Of a stretch of DNA of 64,000 nucleotides, positions 39,089 to 49,397 are shown piece by piece. The DNA lies in the IMG/VR virus record IMGVR_UViG_3300022848_000777, positions 32,001 through 96,000 of that record, one strand, 5' to 3'. The translations under genes and the position numbers were made by a program. Source of the DNA: a virus. Under the pieces are notes generated by a model. It was not told the origin of the DNA. It saw only the letters and a list, made by a program, of their open reading frames with translations, and did not search any database. Position 1 is the stretch's first letter. Each line of letters starts with the position of its first letter.

Positions 39089-40015
39089 ATGATAGATAGA
39101 AAAATAATAGTAATAACACCAATAAAGCATATAGTGGGTGCAGTTGAACTTTTACAATCAAAGGGTGATGTGATTTTTTATGAAGAAGCATCAAAAATGG
39201 ATGTGAGATCGATATTACTAAGTAGTGGTGTTAATACCATCTTATGTAATCCAAATCAACAAACGTATAAAATTGATAAGGAGTTATTAGATGGTACTGA
39301 TATTGATCTAATCAATACGTGCTCAACAGGAATGAACCACATCGATATCAAATATTGTGAGGATAGTGGTATTTTAATATATTCATTAACCAATGATATG
39401 GGGCTTATTAATGATTTACCATCTACATCTGAACTTGCATTTGGTTTACTTTTAGATTTGATGAGAAATATCACAAAATCAAATAATATTACAAAACGTG
39501 ATCTGAGTTGGGATTACCTACCATTCGTAGGGCAGCAGATGAAAGGTTATAGAGTGGGTATAGTGGGGTATGGTCGGCTTGGGAAGATGATGGCTGGGTA
39601 TTGTAGATCGTTTGATGCTACAGTGGATATCTACGACCCATATTCAAACGAATCAACTGTTGATACCTTAGAATCGTTATTTGATAAGTGTGATGCTGTG
39701 TCATTGCATGTCCATGTTAACGATGAGACTAAATATATGATCGATTACAAATTACTTTCCCGTAATGTTAAGTTTTTAGTAAATACATCTCGTGGTGAAA
39801 TTGTAAATGAATCCGATGTTGTCAGATCATTACAGGAATCTAAATTAATTGGATATGCATCTGATGTCATTGAAGATGAATTTGATGATATTAAAAATTC
39901 ACCACTCTTTCATTTGGAAAATTCAAAATTAAATTGTATAGTTACACCTCATATTGGGGGTATGACTATACAAGGACAAACAAAAGCCTATATGTGGGCA
40001 ATTAACAAACTGTAA
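39089..40015 (+). CDS. D-2-hydroxyacid dehydrogenase family
   Basis: STGMNHID, GIVGYGRLG, NTSRGE, TPHIGG. Confidence 0.9.
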   Translation: MIDRKIIVITPIKHIVGAVELLQSKGDVIFYEEASKMDVRSILLSSGVNTILCNPNQQTYKIDKELLDGTDIDLINTCSTGMNHIDIKYCEDSGILIYSLTNDMGLINDLPSTSELAFGLLLDLMRNITKSNNITKRDLSWDYLPFVGQQMKGYRVGIVGYGRLGKMMAGYCRSFDATVDIYDPYSNESTVDTLESLFDKCDAVSLHVHVNDETKYMIDYKLLSRNVKFLVNTSRGEIVNESDVVRSLQESKLIGYASDVIEDEFDDIKNSPLFHLENSKLNCIVTPHIGGMTIQGQTKAYMWAINKL

Positions 40016-40020
40016 ATAAT

Positions 40021-40584
40021 ATGAAAGTATTAGTAATCATACCAGCAAAATTAGATTCCACTAGATTAGAAAAAAAGAATATCCGTGAGATTAATGGAAA
40101 GACATTAGTTGAGCATTCTATAGAATATGCATTGAATAGCAAGAATCAGATCCATGTGGTTGTTTCATCGGAAAGTTCGGAAGTTATGGAATCATTTGAA
40201 GGTAAGTATGGTGATATTGTGCAATTTCATAATAGAGATATATCCCTCTGTGGTGATGTGGAAGTTGTGGATGTGTATATGAGTGTACTTGCCGATAAAC
40301 CCACTGTTAATTATGATTTGGTAGTTGGATTGCAACCTGATAATCCTAATAGATGGCAGACATTAGATGATTGTATTGACTATATGTTGGAAAATAATTA
40401 CGATGATTTAGTTACTGTTAACCCTGAATATAAGAGAAGTGGATCAGTTCGTATTTTCAAATACCATTACTTAAAAAATGGGCAGGTTAGTAAACGACTA
40501 GGTTGTATAATGGACTCGGCTATTGATATACACACTGAGAGTGACCTAAATAAAACAAAACTAAAAATGAAAAATAATGATTAA
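40021..40584 (+). CDS. neuA: CMP-nonulosonate synthetase (cytidylyltransferase)
   Basis: IIPAK..STRL..KN, LQP..P.R, IDIHT..D. Confidence 0.85.
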   Translation: MKVLVIIPAKLDSTRLEKKNIREINGKTLVEHSIEYALNSKNQIHVVVSSESSEVMESFEGKYGDIVQFHNRDISLCGDVEVVDVYMSVLADKPTVNYDLVVGLQPDNPNRWQTLDDCIDYMLENNYDDLVTVNPEYKRSGSVRIFKYHYLKNGQVSKRLGCIMDSAIDIHTESDLNKTKLKMKNND

Positions 40585-41374
40585 AGTAATAGCAGAATTA
40601 GGATGGAATCACGGTGGGGATATGAACCTAGCCAAAGAAATGATACTCGCTGCAAAAGAAAGTGGTGCAACATATGCGAAGTTTCAAAGTTGGTCTGTTA
40701 GTAAATTAAAACCAGGCAAATGGGATGTAGATGGTCGCCGTGAAATATATCAAAAAGCGGAACTAACAAAAGATCGACATATAGAGTTAATTGATTATTG
40801 TAACAAAGTTGGTATTAAGTTCTTATCAAGTGTATTCAGTATTAGAGATGCTGAATTATTATTTTCATTGGGATTGAAAGAAGTTAAAATTCCAAGTTTT
40901 GAATCTAGAAATATAGATCTTATAAAATATTGTAATGATAACTTCGATACTATATTCATGTCGACTGGTACATCGGAGCATCAAGAAATCGTATTCAGTG
41001 TTACACATATTAACAAAGCAAAGTTATACTTACTTCATTGTGTTTCAACGTACCCATGTAAACCAGAAATGGCTAACATATCACGGATGGGTGAATTCAA
41101 ATACCTATCAACGGTTGGATACTCAGATCACATTCAAGGAGTTGAATCGGCAAAAATAGCAATTGGTGAGGGTGCAATGGTTATCGAAAAGCATTTTACA
41201 ACCGATAATAACCTACCAGGTCGAGATAATGAATTCGCAATATTACCACATGAAATGAAAAACTTAACGGATTATATTAATATGAGAGATAAAATGTTAT
41301 TTCCTTTAGGGTCAAACTACCAATTGAGTGAATTGGATTCTAGGATAAATTATACTGGTAGATTTGATGCATAA
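40577..41374 (+). CDS. neuB: Nonulosonic acid (NeuAc-type) synthase, lacking C-terminal AFP-like domain
   Basis: IAELGWNHGGD, KFQ, STG, LHCVSTYP, GYSDH, IEKHFT. Confidence 0.92.
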   Translation: MIKVIAELGWNHGGDMNLAKEMILAAKESGATYAKFQSWSVSKLKPGKWDVDGRREIYQKAELTKDRHIELIDYCNKVGIKFLSSVFSIRDAELLFSLGLKEVKIPSFESRNIDLIKYCNDNFDTIFMSTGTSEHQEIVFSVTHINKAKLYLLHCVSTYPCKPEMANISRMGEFKYLSTVGYSDHIQGVESAKIAIGEGAMVIEKHFTTDNNLPGRDNEFAILPHEMKNLTDYINMRDKMLFPLGSNYQLSELDSRINYTGRFDA

Positions 41375-41394
41375 TTTTAAAAAAAATAATTAAT

Positions 41395-42030
41395 ATGGTT
41401 AGTATTATACTTAGAAATAAAAATGAATTCAATCATATAGGATTTGCATTACAATCCATATGTGATTATATTCCCGATGCAGAGGTAATTGTTATTGATA
41501 ATAATTCAACCGATGATTCATTGGATTTGGTTGCATTATTTAATGATAGATTAAACATATCAGTGGTTGAGATATCCAATTATACTCCAGGTAAATCAAT
41601 TAATACGGCAGTTAAGATGTGTTCTAATGAAACTATATTGATTTTATCAGCACATTCTCAGATTACAGATATGGATGTTCCGTATGTGGTTGAGAAATTA
41701 AAAACCCACGCCGCTGTCTTTGGAAATCAAACACCAATTTATTATGGGAAACGGATCTCAAAACGATACATATGGTCTCATTTTACAGAAATTGAGACGG
41801 TAAATATGTGGTCATCAATTGAAGATAGACCATTCTTACATAATGCATTTTGTTTCTACAATAAAGCAGATTTAATGGATATTCCATTTGTTGAGAGTTA
41901 TTCTACTAAAGAAGATCGATATTGGGCCATATCCGCCTTATCAAAGAAAAAATCATATTTATATACACCATCAATAGGAGTGAATCATTATTATACCACC
42001 AATGGTGCAACGTGGAAGGGGATTGACTAA
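41395..42030 (+). CDS. GT2 glycosyltransferase
   Basis: SIILRNKNE, IDNNSTD, LSAH, ED. Confidence 0.85.
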   Translation: MVSIILRNKNEFNHIGFALQSICDYIPDAEVIVIDNNSTDDSLDLVALFNDRLNISVVEISNYTPGKSINTAVKMCSNETILILSAHSQITDMDVPYVVEKLKTHAAVFGNQTPIYYGKRISKRYIWSHFTEIETVNMWSSIEDRPFLHNAFCFYNKADLMDIPFVESYSTKEDRYWAISALSKKKSYLYTPSIGVNHYYTTNGATWKGID

Positions 42031-42580
42031 TCATAAAGATGTAAGGGTATTGCAATCACTTATGATAAGTGATGCTGTACCAGATGATATAATGAGGCCT
42101 GATGAACGTACTGGTATTATGATAGGTGGTAATATGAAATCGTGGTATGGTGGATTTGATTCGTTTATGTTAGCTAGTAGTGTTACTGATGATATACATC
42201 AACCTATGATGGGTCGACGTGCAGAAAGTGAAACATCACTGGGTATTAACCAATTACCTTATTTAGTGTGGCAGGATTGGATCACTGAATTGTCAAAAAG
42301 AAGGTTAGGTATTCATATGATGAGAACTCATGCAGCTGGAACTTTTTCGTTAAACTGTAGTTTCTTAGGAATTCCATCCATTGGATATGATACATTAGAT
42401 ACACAACGAATATTACACCCTAATTTATCAGTTAAAGATGGTGATATGGTTACTGCAAGACGGTTAGTAGATAAATTGTGGAATGATTTAGATTTCTACG
42501 AAGAAAATTGTATTTTAACAAAAGAATTATACATAAAACATTACAGTGAGAGTGTATTTAAACAGAAAATGAAGTTATGA
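42002..42580 (+). CDS. Glycosyltransferase-like C-terminal fragment (possibly N-truncated)
   Basis: GT-B C-domain-like AAGTFSLNC..GIP.IG; awkward start overlapping the upstream gene. Confidence 0.55.
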   Translation: MVQRGRGLTNHKDVRVLQSLMISDAVPDDIMRPDERTGIMIGGNMKSWYGGFDSFMLASSVTDDIHQPMMGRRAESETSLGINQLPYLVWQDWITELSKRRLGIHMMRTHAAGTFSLNCSFLGIPSIGYDTLDTQRILHPNLSVKDGDMVTARRLVDKLWNDLDFYEENCILTKELYIKHYSESVFKQKMKL

Positions 42581-43791
42581 TAAGTAAAAAAGATATAAGT
42601 TTTATTCAACCCAGTCGAAATAATTTAAAATATCTGAAATGGTCATATGATTCGATCAGAAAGAATGGTGGGCCCGATCCACATATATGTGTTGCAGATG
42701 ATTTTTCATCAGATGGGACCTGGGAATGGTGTCAATCTACAATGAAAATAGATCCAAACTTTCTAGCTATTAGAAATGAAGGGCCTGATAGATTAGGACA
42801 TACTATATTATATGATAGATTGATTAATGAAGTTGCACCTACAAAGATAGTTGGTATTTTCCACGCTGATATGTATCTTTGCCCAGGATCATTGGAATCT
42901 GTAATTGAGAACATAAAACCTAAAACAATTGTATCTTTAACTAGAATTGAACCACCATTACATCCTGATGGCCCTGAGAAGATTTTATTAGATTGTGGAA
43001 CTGAGCCAGAAACTTTTGATGAAGAAAAGTTATTAAATTCATTAAAAATCCCCGCCACTGGTAAGATCACAAATGGGATATTTGCCCCTTGGTTTTTGTA
43101 CAAAGATGATTTTCAAGAGATAGGTGGGCATGATGTATTATATGCACCACAATCTAAAGAAGATTCTGATATTTTCAATAGGTTTCAATTAAATGGGTGT
43201 GAGTTTGTACAAACCTGGGATGGGTGTGTGTATCATATGACTTGTAGGGGAAGTCGATTTAATCCAACAATCACCGAAGTTGGAATTGCATCGGATGAAT
43301 GGCAAAAGCAGAATATAAAATCCACAAGAAACTTTATTAGGAAATGGGGGCACTTTGTCAAACATGATACAATGATGAAACCAATCATACCACCTAAATA
43401 TGATATAGCATTTATAGTGGATAATTGTAGTAGTGAATTGATATCTTTATTGGAGCCGTGGTGTTCTGCAATATATCTAAAAGATAATAATGTAAAGTTG
43501 GTGGGTGATTATATTACATTAGAGCAACCAAATACTAAATTTAATCTAAAGACTCGGGTATCTCAGTTAGGTATTAATGATCCACATACTGAGCATGATA
43601 TTGTTGTAGAATTCGATTGTATGGGTGTGAGTAATTATATGTTTGAATTAATTACACAATTTTCAGAAATCTTAAACAGATCGGATTTAGAATCTGGTGA
43701 ATTTATTCTTGAGATATTTAAATTTACAGTGAATAGTGTAAAAACATATGAAACTGACCTGATTAATATAAATTCTAATATTTATAGGTAA
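42577..43791 (+). CDS. GT2 glycosyltransferase with C-terminal extension
   Basis: ADDFSSDGT, HADM, GGHD, EDSD, YHMTCRG. Confidence 0.88.
   Translation: MISKKDISFIQPSRNNLKYLKWSYDSIRKNGGPDPHICVADDFSSDGTWEWCQSTMKIDPNFLAIRNEGPDRLGHTILYDRLINEVAPTKIVGIFHADMYLCPGSLESVIENIKPKTIVSLTRIEPPLHPDGPEKILLDCGTEPETFDEEKLLNSLKIPATGKITNGIFAPWFLYKDDFQEIGGHDVLYAPQSKEDSDIFNRFQLNGCEFVQTWDGCVYHMTCRGSRFNPTITEVGIASDEWQKQNIKSTRNFIRKWGHFVKHDTMMKPIIPPKYDIAFIVDNCSSELISLLEPWCSAIYLKDNNVKLVGDYITLEQPNTKFNLKTRVSQLGINDPHTEHDIVVEFDCMGVSNYMFELITQFSEILNRSDLESGEFILEIFKFTVNSVKTYETDLININSNIYR
43778..43786 (+). promoter_or_regulatory. Putative late promoter ATATTTATA
   Basis: Recurrent motif (also 45102, 50138, 60218). Confidence 0.55.
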
Positions 43792-43807
43792 ATAAACGGT
43801 AATAACT

Positions 43808-44599
43808 ATGAGTGAATATAATTGGAAACATTGGATTTCCGAAGCTAACAATAGAAAACTTTACGATGAAAACCCACAACAAGCTTTAAGAGAGTACGGG
43901 TTTCAATTAAGTAAACGTCAACAGAAGTTTGATTATTATAAAACTTTAAATGAAGTGGCAAATGAAAATCAAACCGTACAGAATAGTGTTGGTATTGGTG
44001 GTAACACCTTTCTACCAGTTCCGCATTCAGGATATGGATTACTTTATAATTGGTTCGCCAGTGCAGATAGTCGTGGTATTGCACCCATTGGTTTTAGAAT
44101 TCCAACAGAAAGTGATTATGACGATATTATAAATAATTTCACCGCAGAAGAATTGAGAGCAGTATCGCCAATTTGGGATGGTACTAATTCATCGATGTTG
44201 AATTTATATCCATCTGGAATAAAAAATACTAATGGTTCTTTTGGTAATTTCACAAACGGATCTTTTAATTGGGCATCCAATGATGATGGTGATGATGCCG
44301 AAGTTTGGGGAACCGCAGCCACCTCAACAGTTGCAGCTGTTACTTATGACAAAAACGTTGGAGCCACAATTAGATGTGTATCAAGCAATGAGCCAGGAAA
44401 TGATGTGATCGAAGATGCATCAGGAAATGTCTATTCGTGGATTAAAATAGGATCTCTATATTGGTTGCAGCAGGCTTTGAAAACGACCAGATATAATAAC
44501 ACTGATGAAATTATAACAAATCTAAGTACATCTGATTGGGGATCGACATCAGTAGGTGCGTGGGATTATACAAATGGGGATAGGGATTTACTAACATAA
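43808..44599 (+). CDS. FISUMP (Fibrobacter major paralogous)-like domain protein, circularly permuted
   Basis: YGLLYNW..APIGFRIPT..IRC followed by DASGNVY..IKIG..W....LKTT.Y. Confidence 0.7.
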   Translation: MSEYNWKHWISEANNRKLYDENPQQALREYGFQLSKRQQKFDYYKTLNEVANENQTVQNSVGIGGNTFLPVPHSGYGLLYNWFASADSRGIAPIGFRIPTESDYDDIINNFTAEELRAVSPIWDGTNSSMLNLYPSGIKNTNGSFGNFTNGSFNWASNDDGDDAEVWGTAATSTVAAVTYDKNVGATIRCVSSNEPGNDVIEDASGNVYSWIKIGSLYWLQQALKTTRYNNTDEIITNLSTSDWGSTSVGAWDYTNGDRDLLT

Positions 44600-44603
44600 T
44601 CTG

Positions 44604-44825
44604 ATGAAATATTATATAGAAGTAAAAGATGGTAATCATTTATCTATTGGAGAAAAATCATTTAAAAACTTTTGGACAGATCAGGGATATGATTTACTAT
44701 TAGAAATAGTTTTCAAAAAACCACATCTTATTGAATCAATGAAGATAAAAGATGAACAATCAAAAGAATATAATGTAGAAGAATTTATAGATTTTTTGGT
44801 AAATCTAAACGTAATACAAAATTAA
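44604..44825 (+). CDS. Hypothetical protein
   Basis: ORF in operon. Confidence 0.65.
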   Translation: MKYYIEVKDGNHLSIGEKSFKNFWTDQGYDLLLEIVFKKPHLIESMKIKDEQSKEYNVEEFIDFLVNLNVIQN

Positions 44826-45038
44826 ATGGGAAAGATACCGATTAATATTGACTATGATCAAATTGATGATGAGTATGGTGGTACAGAGCCAATTAAAAAA
44901 TCCAAAAATGATGGTGGGGTGTATAAAGAAGATCCGTATGATCAAAACTTTCACGAATCACAAAGGGAATCTACTAGAGGTCGAAAGGGTGATACTCACA
45001 TCGGTATAGAAAAGAAAAGACGGAATTGGAACGGTTGA
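44826..45038 (+). CDS. Hypothetical protein
   Basis: ORF in operon. Confidence 0.6.
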   Translation: MGKIPINIDYDQIDDEYGGTEPIKKSKNDGGVYKEDPYDQNFHESQRESTRGRKGDTHIGIEKKRRNWNG

Positions 45039-45135
45039 GGTAAAAATCCCATCAATGAGGTGCCATCCATCATAGACCAGTGCGTTAAATAAAAATGTTC
45101 TATATTTATACTTAGGGTATTATTTAAAGGGTGAT

Positions 45136-45297
45136 ATGACATCTAAATGTAAATTATCGAAAGATCAATGGGAGTTTGTGTTATCTGTTAAGTTAGGACA
45201 CATACCACGTTCATCAGTGAGTATGCTTCAACGGAAGTTAGCTGATTCTACTGATGTTATTGATTTACGAAGGTACATAAAAAGTGCGGAAAATTAA
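45136..45297 (+). CDS. Small hypothetical protein (53 aa, not in track)
   Basis: MTSKCKLSKDQW...; downstream of ATATTTATA at 45102. Confidence 0.5.
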   Translation: MTSKCKLSKDQWEFVLSVKLGHIPRSSVSMLQRKLADSTDVIDLRRYIKSAEN

Positions 45298-45308
45298 AGA
45301 GATATCTT

Positions 45309-45908
45309 ATGAGTTATTATAGTTTAAAATTGATAAATAGAGCAGTGAAATCAAAAGGATATTCTTTTTTTACTGGTAAAAATTACGATGTAAATGTAAT
45401 TGGTGTACGTCGTAATCGAAGTAATGATATCACAAATGTATTTGATGATGTATTAACTATTTCATACAGAGGTTCAAATGGTAAGTGGAATTACCACGAA
45501 TATAAAGCAACTACTGATCCAGGAAAACATTGGATGAATCACCCGTTAAATTCAGATGGAACTGCAATTCTTGTTCCAGGTCAATATAGATCATCATACA
45601 AAATAGCCTTACATCAAGGTAAATATGAAGCATTATGCCAAAGAAAGCCCGTAAAGGTTTATAGGGATAATGATTTAGATAATGAGTATGATTTAGATCC
45701 AGATACTATTCAAAATGGATTGTTTGGTATAAACATACATAGGTCAAATCCGTATTCAGAATCATATTATGTAAATAAATGGTCGGCAGGTTGTCAGGTT
45801 TTCAAAAGAGTTAGTGATTTTGATAGATTTATGGGTATATTACATAACGCGGCATCTTTTTACGGTAATTCATTCACATACACATTAATAAACCATAGAG
45901 ATATATAA
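45309..45908 (+). CDS. YkuD/L,D-transpeptidase-like peptidoglycan enzyme
   Basis: TTDPG, GINIH.......WSAGCQV His/Cys catalytic motif. Confidence 0.7.
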   Translation: MSYYSLKLINRAVKSKGYSFFTGKNYDVNVIGVRRNRSNDITNVFDDVLTISYRGSNGKWNYHEYKATTDPGKHWMNHPLNSDGTAILVPGQYRSSYKIALHQGKYEALCQRKPVKVYRDNDLDNEYDLDPDTIQNGLFGINIHRSNPYSESYYVNKWSAGCQVFKRVSDFDRFMGILHNAASFYGNSFTYTLINHRDI

Positions 45909-45917
45909 GGTATTCTA

Positions 45918-48900
45918 ATGAATAAGATAGAACAAATAAAAAATATAATTGAAGAGGAATTAAATAATTTCAATTTCAATTTCGATGAAGTAACCATACT
46001 TGAAGCATATATACTATCAGAGGGTGATATCAGCAGAAAAAACATGCCACAGGTTGATAGTGATAATTTACCACAAGCTATTAAACTTGCATCCGATAAG
46101 GTTAAGGTTAGTAGTGAGAAAATAGCAGTTGGGAAATTAAAGAAATCACAGAAAGAACTTCATAAGAATAAGATAATTGGTATATCCAAATCATTCAAAA
46201 ATGCTAAAGATTTAAAACCATTAGTGATATCTTCTGATAATTTCATAGTAGATGGGCATCATAGATGGGCAGCTGCTATTTACAAATGGGGTGATGATGT
46301 ATTAATTCCTGTCATTAGAATAGGATTACCTAAGATCAAAGCAATTACATTATTTAACAACATAGCTGTTAAATTAAAACAACCGAAAAAAGAATCTATA
46401 GTAATTGAATCTATATCAACTTCTGATAAATTAAAAATCTATAATAATTTAAAGAAAGGTGACTTTGTTGACATAAAGTTTGATTCATCAATTAGAAAGG
46501 GTGATGATTACAAAACTTTCATAGTATCAAAGGGTAAAACCACAGTTGGTAAACGAAAAGTTGAACGAATTTCTCTTAAACTAAAAAGTGGAATTGCAGG
46601 TGGTAATCGATGTTTTCTCTATCACAGAAAAACAAACAACGGAAAAGATATGATTGAATTAGCCATTGGTGATATGGCGGCTAGCATAGTTGATATGAAA
46701 GCATCTGCAAATGAATCTCTTAATGAAGATGATCCATGTTGGGATGATTATAAAGTCGGATCTCCTAAAACAAAAACATCCTCTTCATCTGGTAAAAGAG
46801 TTAATAACTGCGTTCCTAAAAATGAATCTAAAAAAAAAAGCATAGTTGAGAATAATCGACGAATAAAAGTATTAGATGGGCACTTAACGGCACATGATAA
46901 GAAAGTTATTAACCAAATGATGGATAATAATATGGATTCAGGCAAAGTTGGCAAGAAGACATTCATCATTAAAGATTTAGGTGATGGTAAATATCACATT
47001 ACTCAAAAGATAAAAGACCGAGGAATGATTCCTGTTCCAGGATCAGCATTTAGAATATCAACACATATATCTAATATTATAGTTAAAGAGGCCATAACAG
47101 TACCAATTGAAATTGGTGATACTGTTCTTGGTGGTAAGTTCAAAAATAAGAAAATTGTGGTTAAGACTATAGATACGAATGAAAAAGGTGATATCACTAT
47201 AAATGGTAAGCCATTTATGAAATTCAGAATCCTAAAGGAAAGTAGTGGTGAATCAATTCAATGTCAAAGTTGTGATCATAACTGGGAACTTGAATTTGAT
47301 GATGATAGACCTTATCTATGTCACTCTTGTGGGTATGATCAATCAATGCAAAAAATAGATATTGTAGCATTTGAAGATTGGAAATCTCAAAACAAACAGA
47401 TATCAGAATTAAACGAAGTTCAATCAAAATTAAAATTGAGTATTCCAAAGAACGTATTAGATATACACAAGGCATTCAAAAAGGAAGGTAGGAAGTTATA
47501 CATTGTGGGTGGTGCAGTAAGGGATGCGATTCTAAAGCAGACCCCTAAAGATTTTGATTTAGCAACTGATGCTAAACCTGATGATGTTTTAGATATCGCT
47601 AAGAAGTATGGATTTAAAACAGCAGAAGTTGGTAAACAATTTGGTGTTGTCATAGTAAATGGTGAAGAGATCGCCACATTTCGAAAAGATATCGGTAAAG
47701 GTAGGCGGCCTGATGCAGTAGATTACACTGATATATATGGTGATGTTAAACGTAGAGATCTAACTATAAATGCACTATTCTATGATATAGATAGAAAGCA
47801 AATAGTTGATTTGGTAGGTGGTATCGCTGACTTAAAGAATAAATCGATTAAAACTGTCGGTGATGCAAAGGATAGATTTGATGAAGATCCATTACGAAAG
47901 TTAAGGGCTTTACGTTTTACTGCAAGAATTGGTGGTAGAATGGAAAAAGACACGGTTAATGCTATAAAAGATAACCCCGATATTAGTGGTGTCTCAGCCG
48001 AACGTATCCGTGATGAGTTTATTAAATCAATTAAGACTGCTAAATCATCTAAATCTTACCTAAAGATGGTAGATTCATTTAAAATGCTGAAACAGATACT
48101 ACCAAATGTCCGATATAATACGGACTTTATAGAAAATGGCAACTATAAATTAGTAATAGCAAATTTACTAAGAAAGAACACCGATGATTTGGTGTATAAA
48201 GTACTTAAAAAGTTAAAATACACAGATAAAGAATCATTAGATATCGCATTCTTAATAAAATTAGTGGGATTAAAATCCGATGATGTGTATAAGATGAAAA
48301 GGGCTCAGGTTAAAACAACATTAGAAATTGGCGAAATTATAGAATGGGGTAACATCATAGGAAGTGATTTGAAAAAGTTCGCTAATTTTAAATTAAGTTA
48401 TGGTGGTAACGATGTTAAATCACTTGGATTGAAAGGAAAGGATATTGGTGATAAAATTGAACAAATGGAAATTGAAAAGTACATAAATGAATCACTTAAA
48501 TCAGCAGGTATTAAAAACTTTAAAGATTTATTCAAAAAGATGCCATCTGATTTACAAAAGAGAGTTTATAACTTAAAGAATAGTGATCAGAGACGTGACT
48601 TTCATCCCGAAGGTAACGTATTAAAGCATACTATTGTGGTTGTCAATAGAGCAATAAAAGATGATGATATTGATATAGCATTGGCGGCAATGTTCCATGA
48701 TATAGGTAAAGATGAAACTGCATCTTCAAGTCTAAAAACACGTGGTACACAGCACTTAGGGCATGAGGCGGTTTCAGCATCATTGGTTAAGAAACATAAG
48801 AAATTTATTGAAGATGTTGGTGGGAATGCAGCTAATGTATTCTATATAGTTAAAAATCATATGAGAATAAAGAAAATGCCTGATATGCGAAAGAAAAAGC

Positions 48901-49328
48901 AGGATAAATTGAAATCATTTAGAGCATTTGATAAACTAAACAAATTCACTAAACATGATAGGGGTGGTTTCGATGAATCGAATATTAACGAAATGCCAAA
49001 AGCTGATCTAGAGAAAATAGATAAGTTTGCCGATACGCAGTTAAAACCAATTGATGTTGATTTAACAGGTGCACATTTCTTTGCAAGATTGAACGATCCT
49101 AGAAATAAAAAAGAGATATCCGTTGCGGAGTTAGTACGATTTTTCAAACAATTGGGTAGAAATAAAAAAGAATTCCTATCTCTACTTGATAAATATAAAT
49201 CGTTGGTAGCTACTGATGATAAGACCAACATAAACATACCATTTATGAAAAAATCCAACAGAGCTATAGCAAAAACGGTTATGAGGAAGCGGGACTTTAA
49301 ATCATCTGATAAGAAGATAACAATTTAA
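45918..49328 (+). CDS. Multi-module protein: ParB-like, small modules, Zn finger, CCA-adding nucleotidyltransferase, HD domain
   Basis: VDGHHRW; VGGAVRD..DFD, RRDLTINA, EDPLR, SAERI; HPEG.VL.H, HDIGK; modules separated by (I/L/V)xE motifs. Confidence 0.85.
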   Translation: MNKIEQIKNIIEEELNNFNFNFDEVTILEAYILSEGDISRKNMPQVDSDNLPQAIKLASDKVKVSSEKIAVGKLKKSQKELHKNKIIGISKSFKNAKDLKPLVISSDNFIVDGHHRWAAAIYKWGDDVLIPVIRIGLPKIKAITLFNNIAVKLKQPKKESIVIESISTSDKLKIYNNLKKGDFVDIKFDSSIRKGDDYKTFIVSKGKTTVGKRKVERISLKLKSGIAGGNRCFLYHRKTNNGKDMIELAIGDMAASIVDMKASANESLNEDDPCWDDYKVGSPKTKTSSSSGKRVNNCVPKNESKKKSIVENNRRIKVLDGHLTAHDKKVINQMMDNNMDSGKVGKKTFIIKDLGDGKYHITQKIKDRGMIPVPGSAFRISTHISNIIVKEAITVPIEIGDTVLGGKFKNKKIVVKTIDTNEKGDITINGKPFMKFRILKESSGESIQCQSCDHNWELEFDDDRPYLCHSCGYDQSMQKIDIVAFEDWKSQNKQISELNEVQSKLKLSIPKNVLDIHKAFKKEGRKLYIVGGAVRDAILKQTPKDFDLATDAKPDDVLDIAKKYGFKTAEVGKQFGVVIVNGEEIATFRKDIGKGRRPDAVDYTDIYGDVKRRDLTINALFYDIDRKQIVDLVGGIADLKNKSIKTVGDAKDRFDEDPLRKLRALRFTARIGGRMEKDTVNAIKDNPDISGVSAERIRDEFIKSIKTAKSSKSYLKMVDSFKMLKQILPNVRYNTDFIENGNYKLVIANLLRKNTDDLVYKVLKKLKYTDKESLDIAFLIKLVGLKSDDVYKMKRAQVKTTLEIGEIIEWGNIIGSDLKKFANFKLSYGGNDVKSLGLKGKDIGDKIEQMEIEKYINESLKSAGIKNFKDLFKKMPSDLQKRVYNLKNSDQRRDFHPEGNVLKHTIVVVNRAIKDDDIDIALAAMFHDIGKDETASSSLKTRGTQHLGHEAVSASLVKKHKKFIEDVGGNAANVFYIVKNHMRIKKMPDMRKKKQDKLKSFRAFDKLNKFTKHDRGGFDESNINEMPKADLEKIDKFADTQLKPIDVDLTGAHFFARLNDPRNKKEISVAELVRFFKQLGRNKKEFLSLLDKYKSLVATDDKTNINIPFMKKSNRAIAKTVMRKRDFKSSDKKITI

Positions 49329-49340
49329 TAACATAGTATG

Positions 49341-49371
49341 GTTTGATTTATCAAAATACTTTCGTATATTG
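49341..49371 (+). promoter_or_regulatory. Class B promoter GTTTG-N19-TATATTG
   Basis: Motif and spacing. Confidence 0.7.
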
Positions 49372-49397
49372 TTATTCAAATTGATATATATTTGCAT

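Noticed and set aside
45039-45100. Possible small RNA or tRNA in a slightly GC-richer gap
   Set aside because: No cloverleaf or convincing stem found by eye; no tRNA genes recognised anywhere in the window
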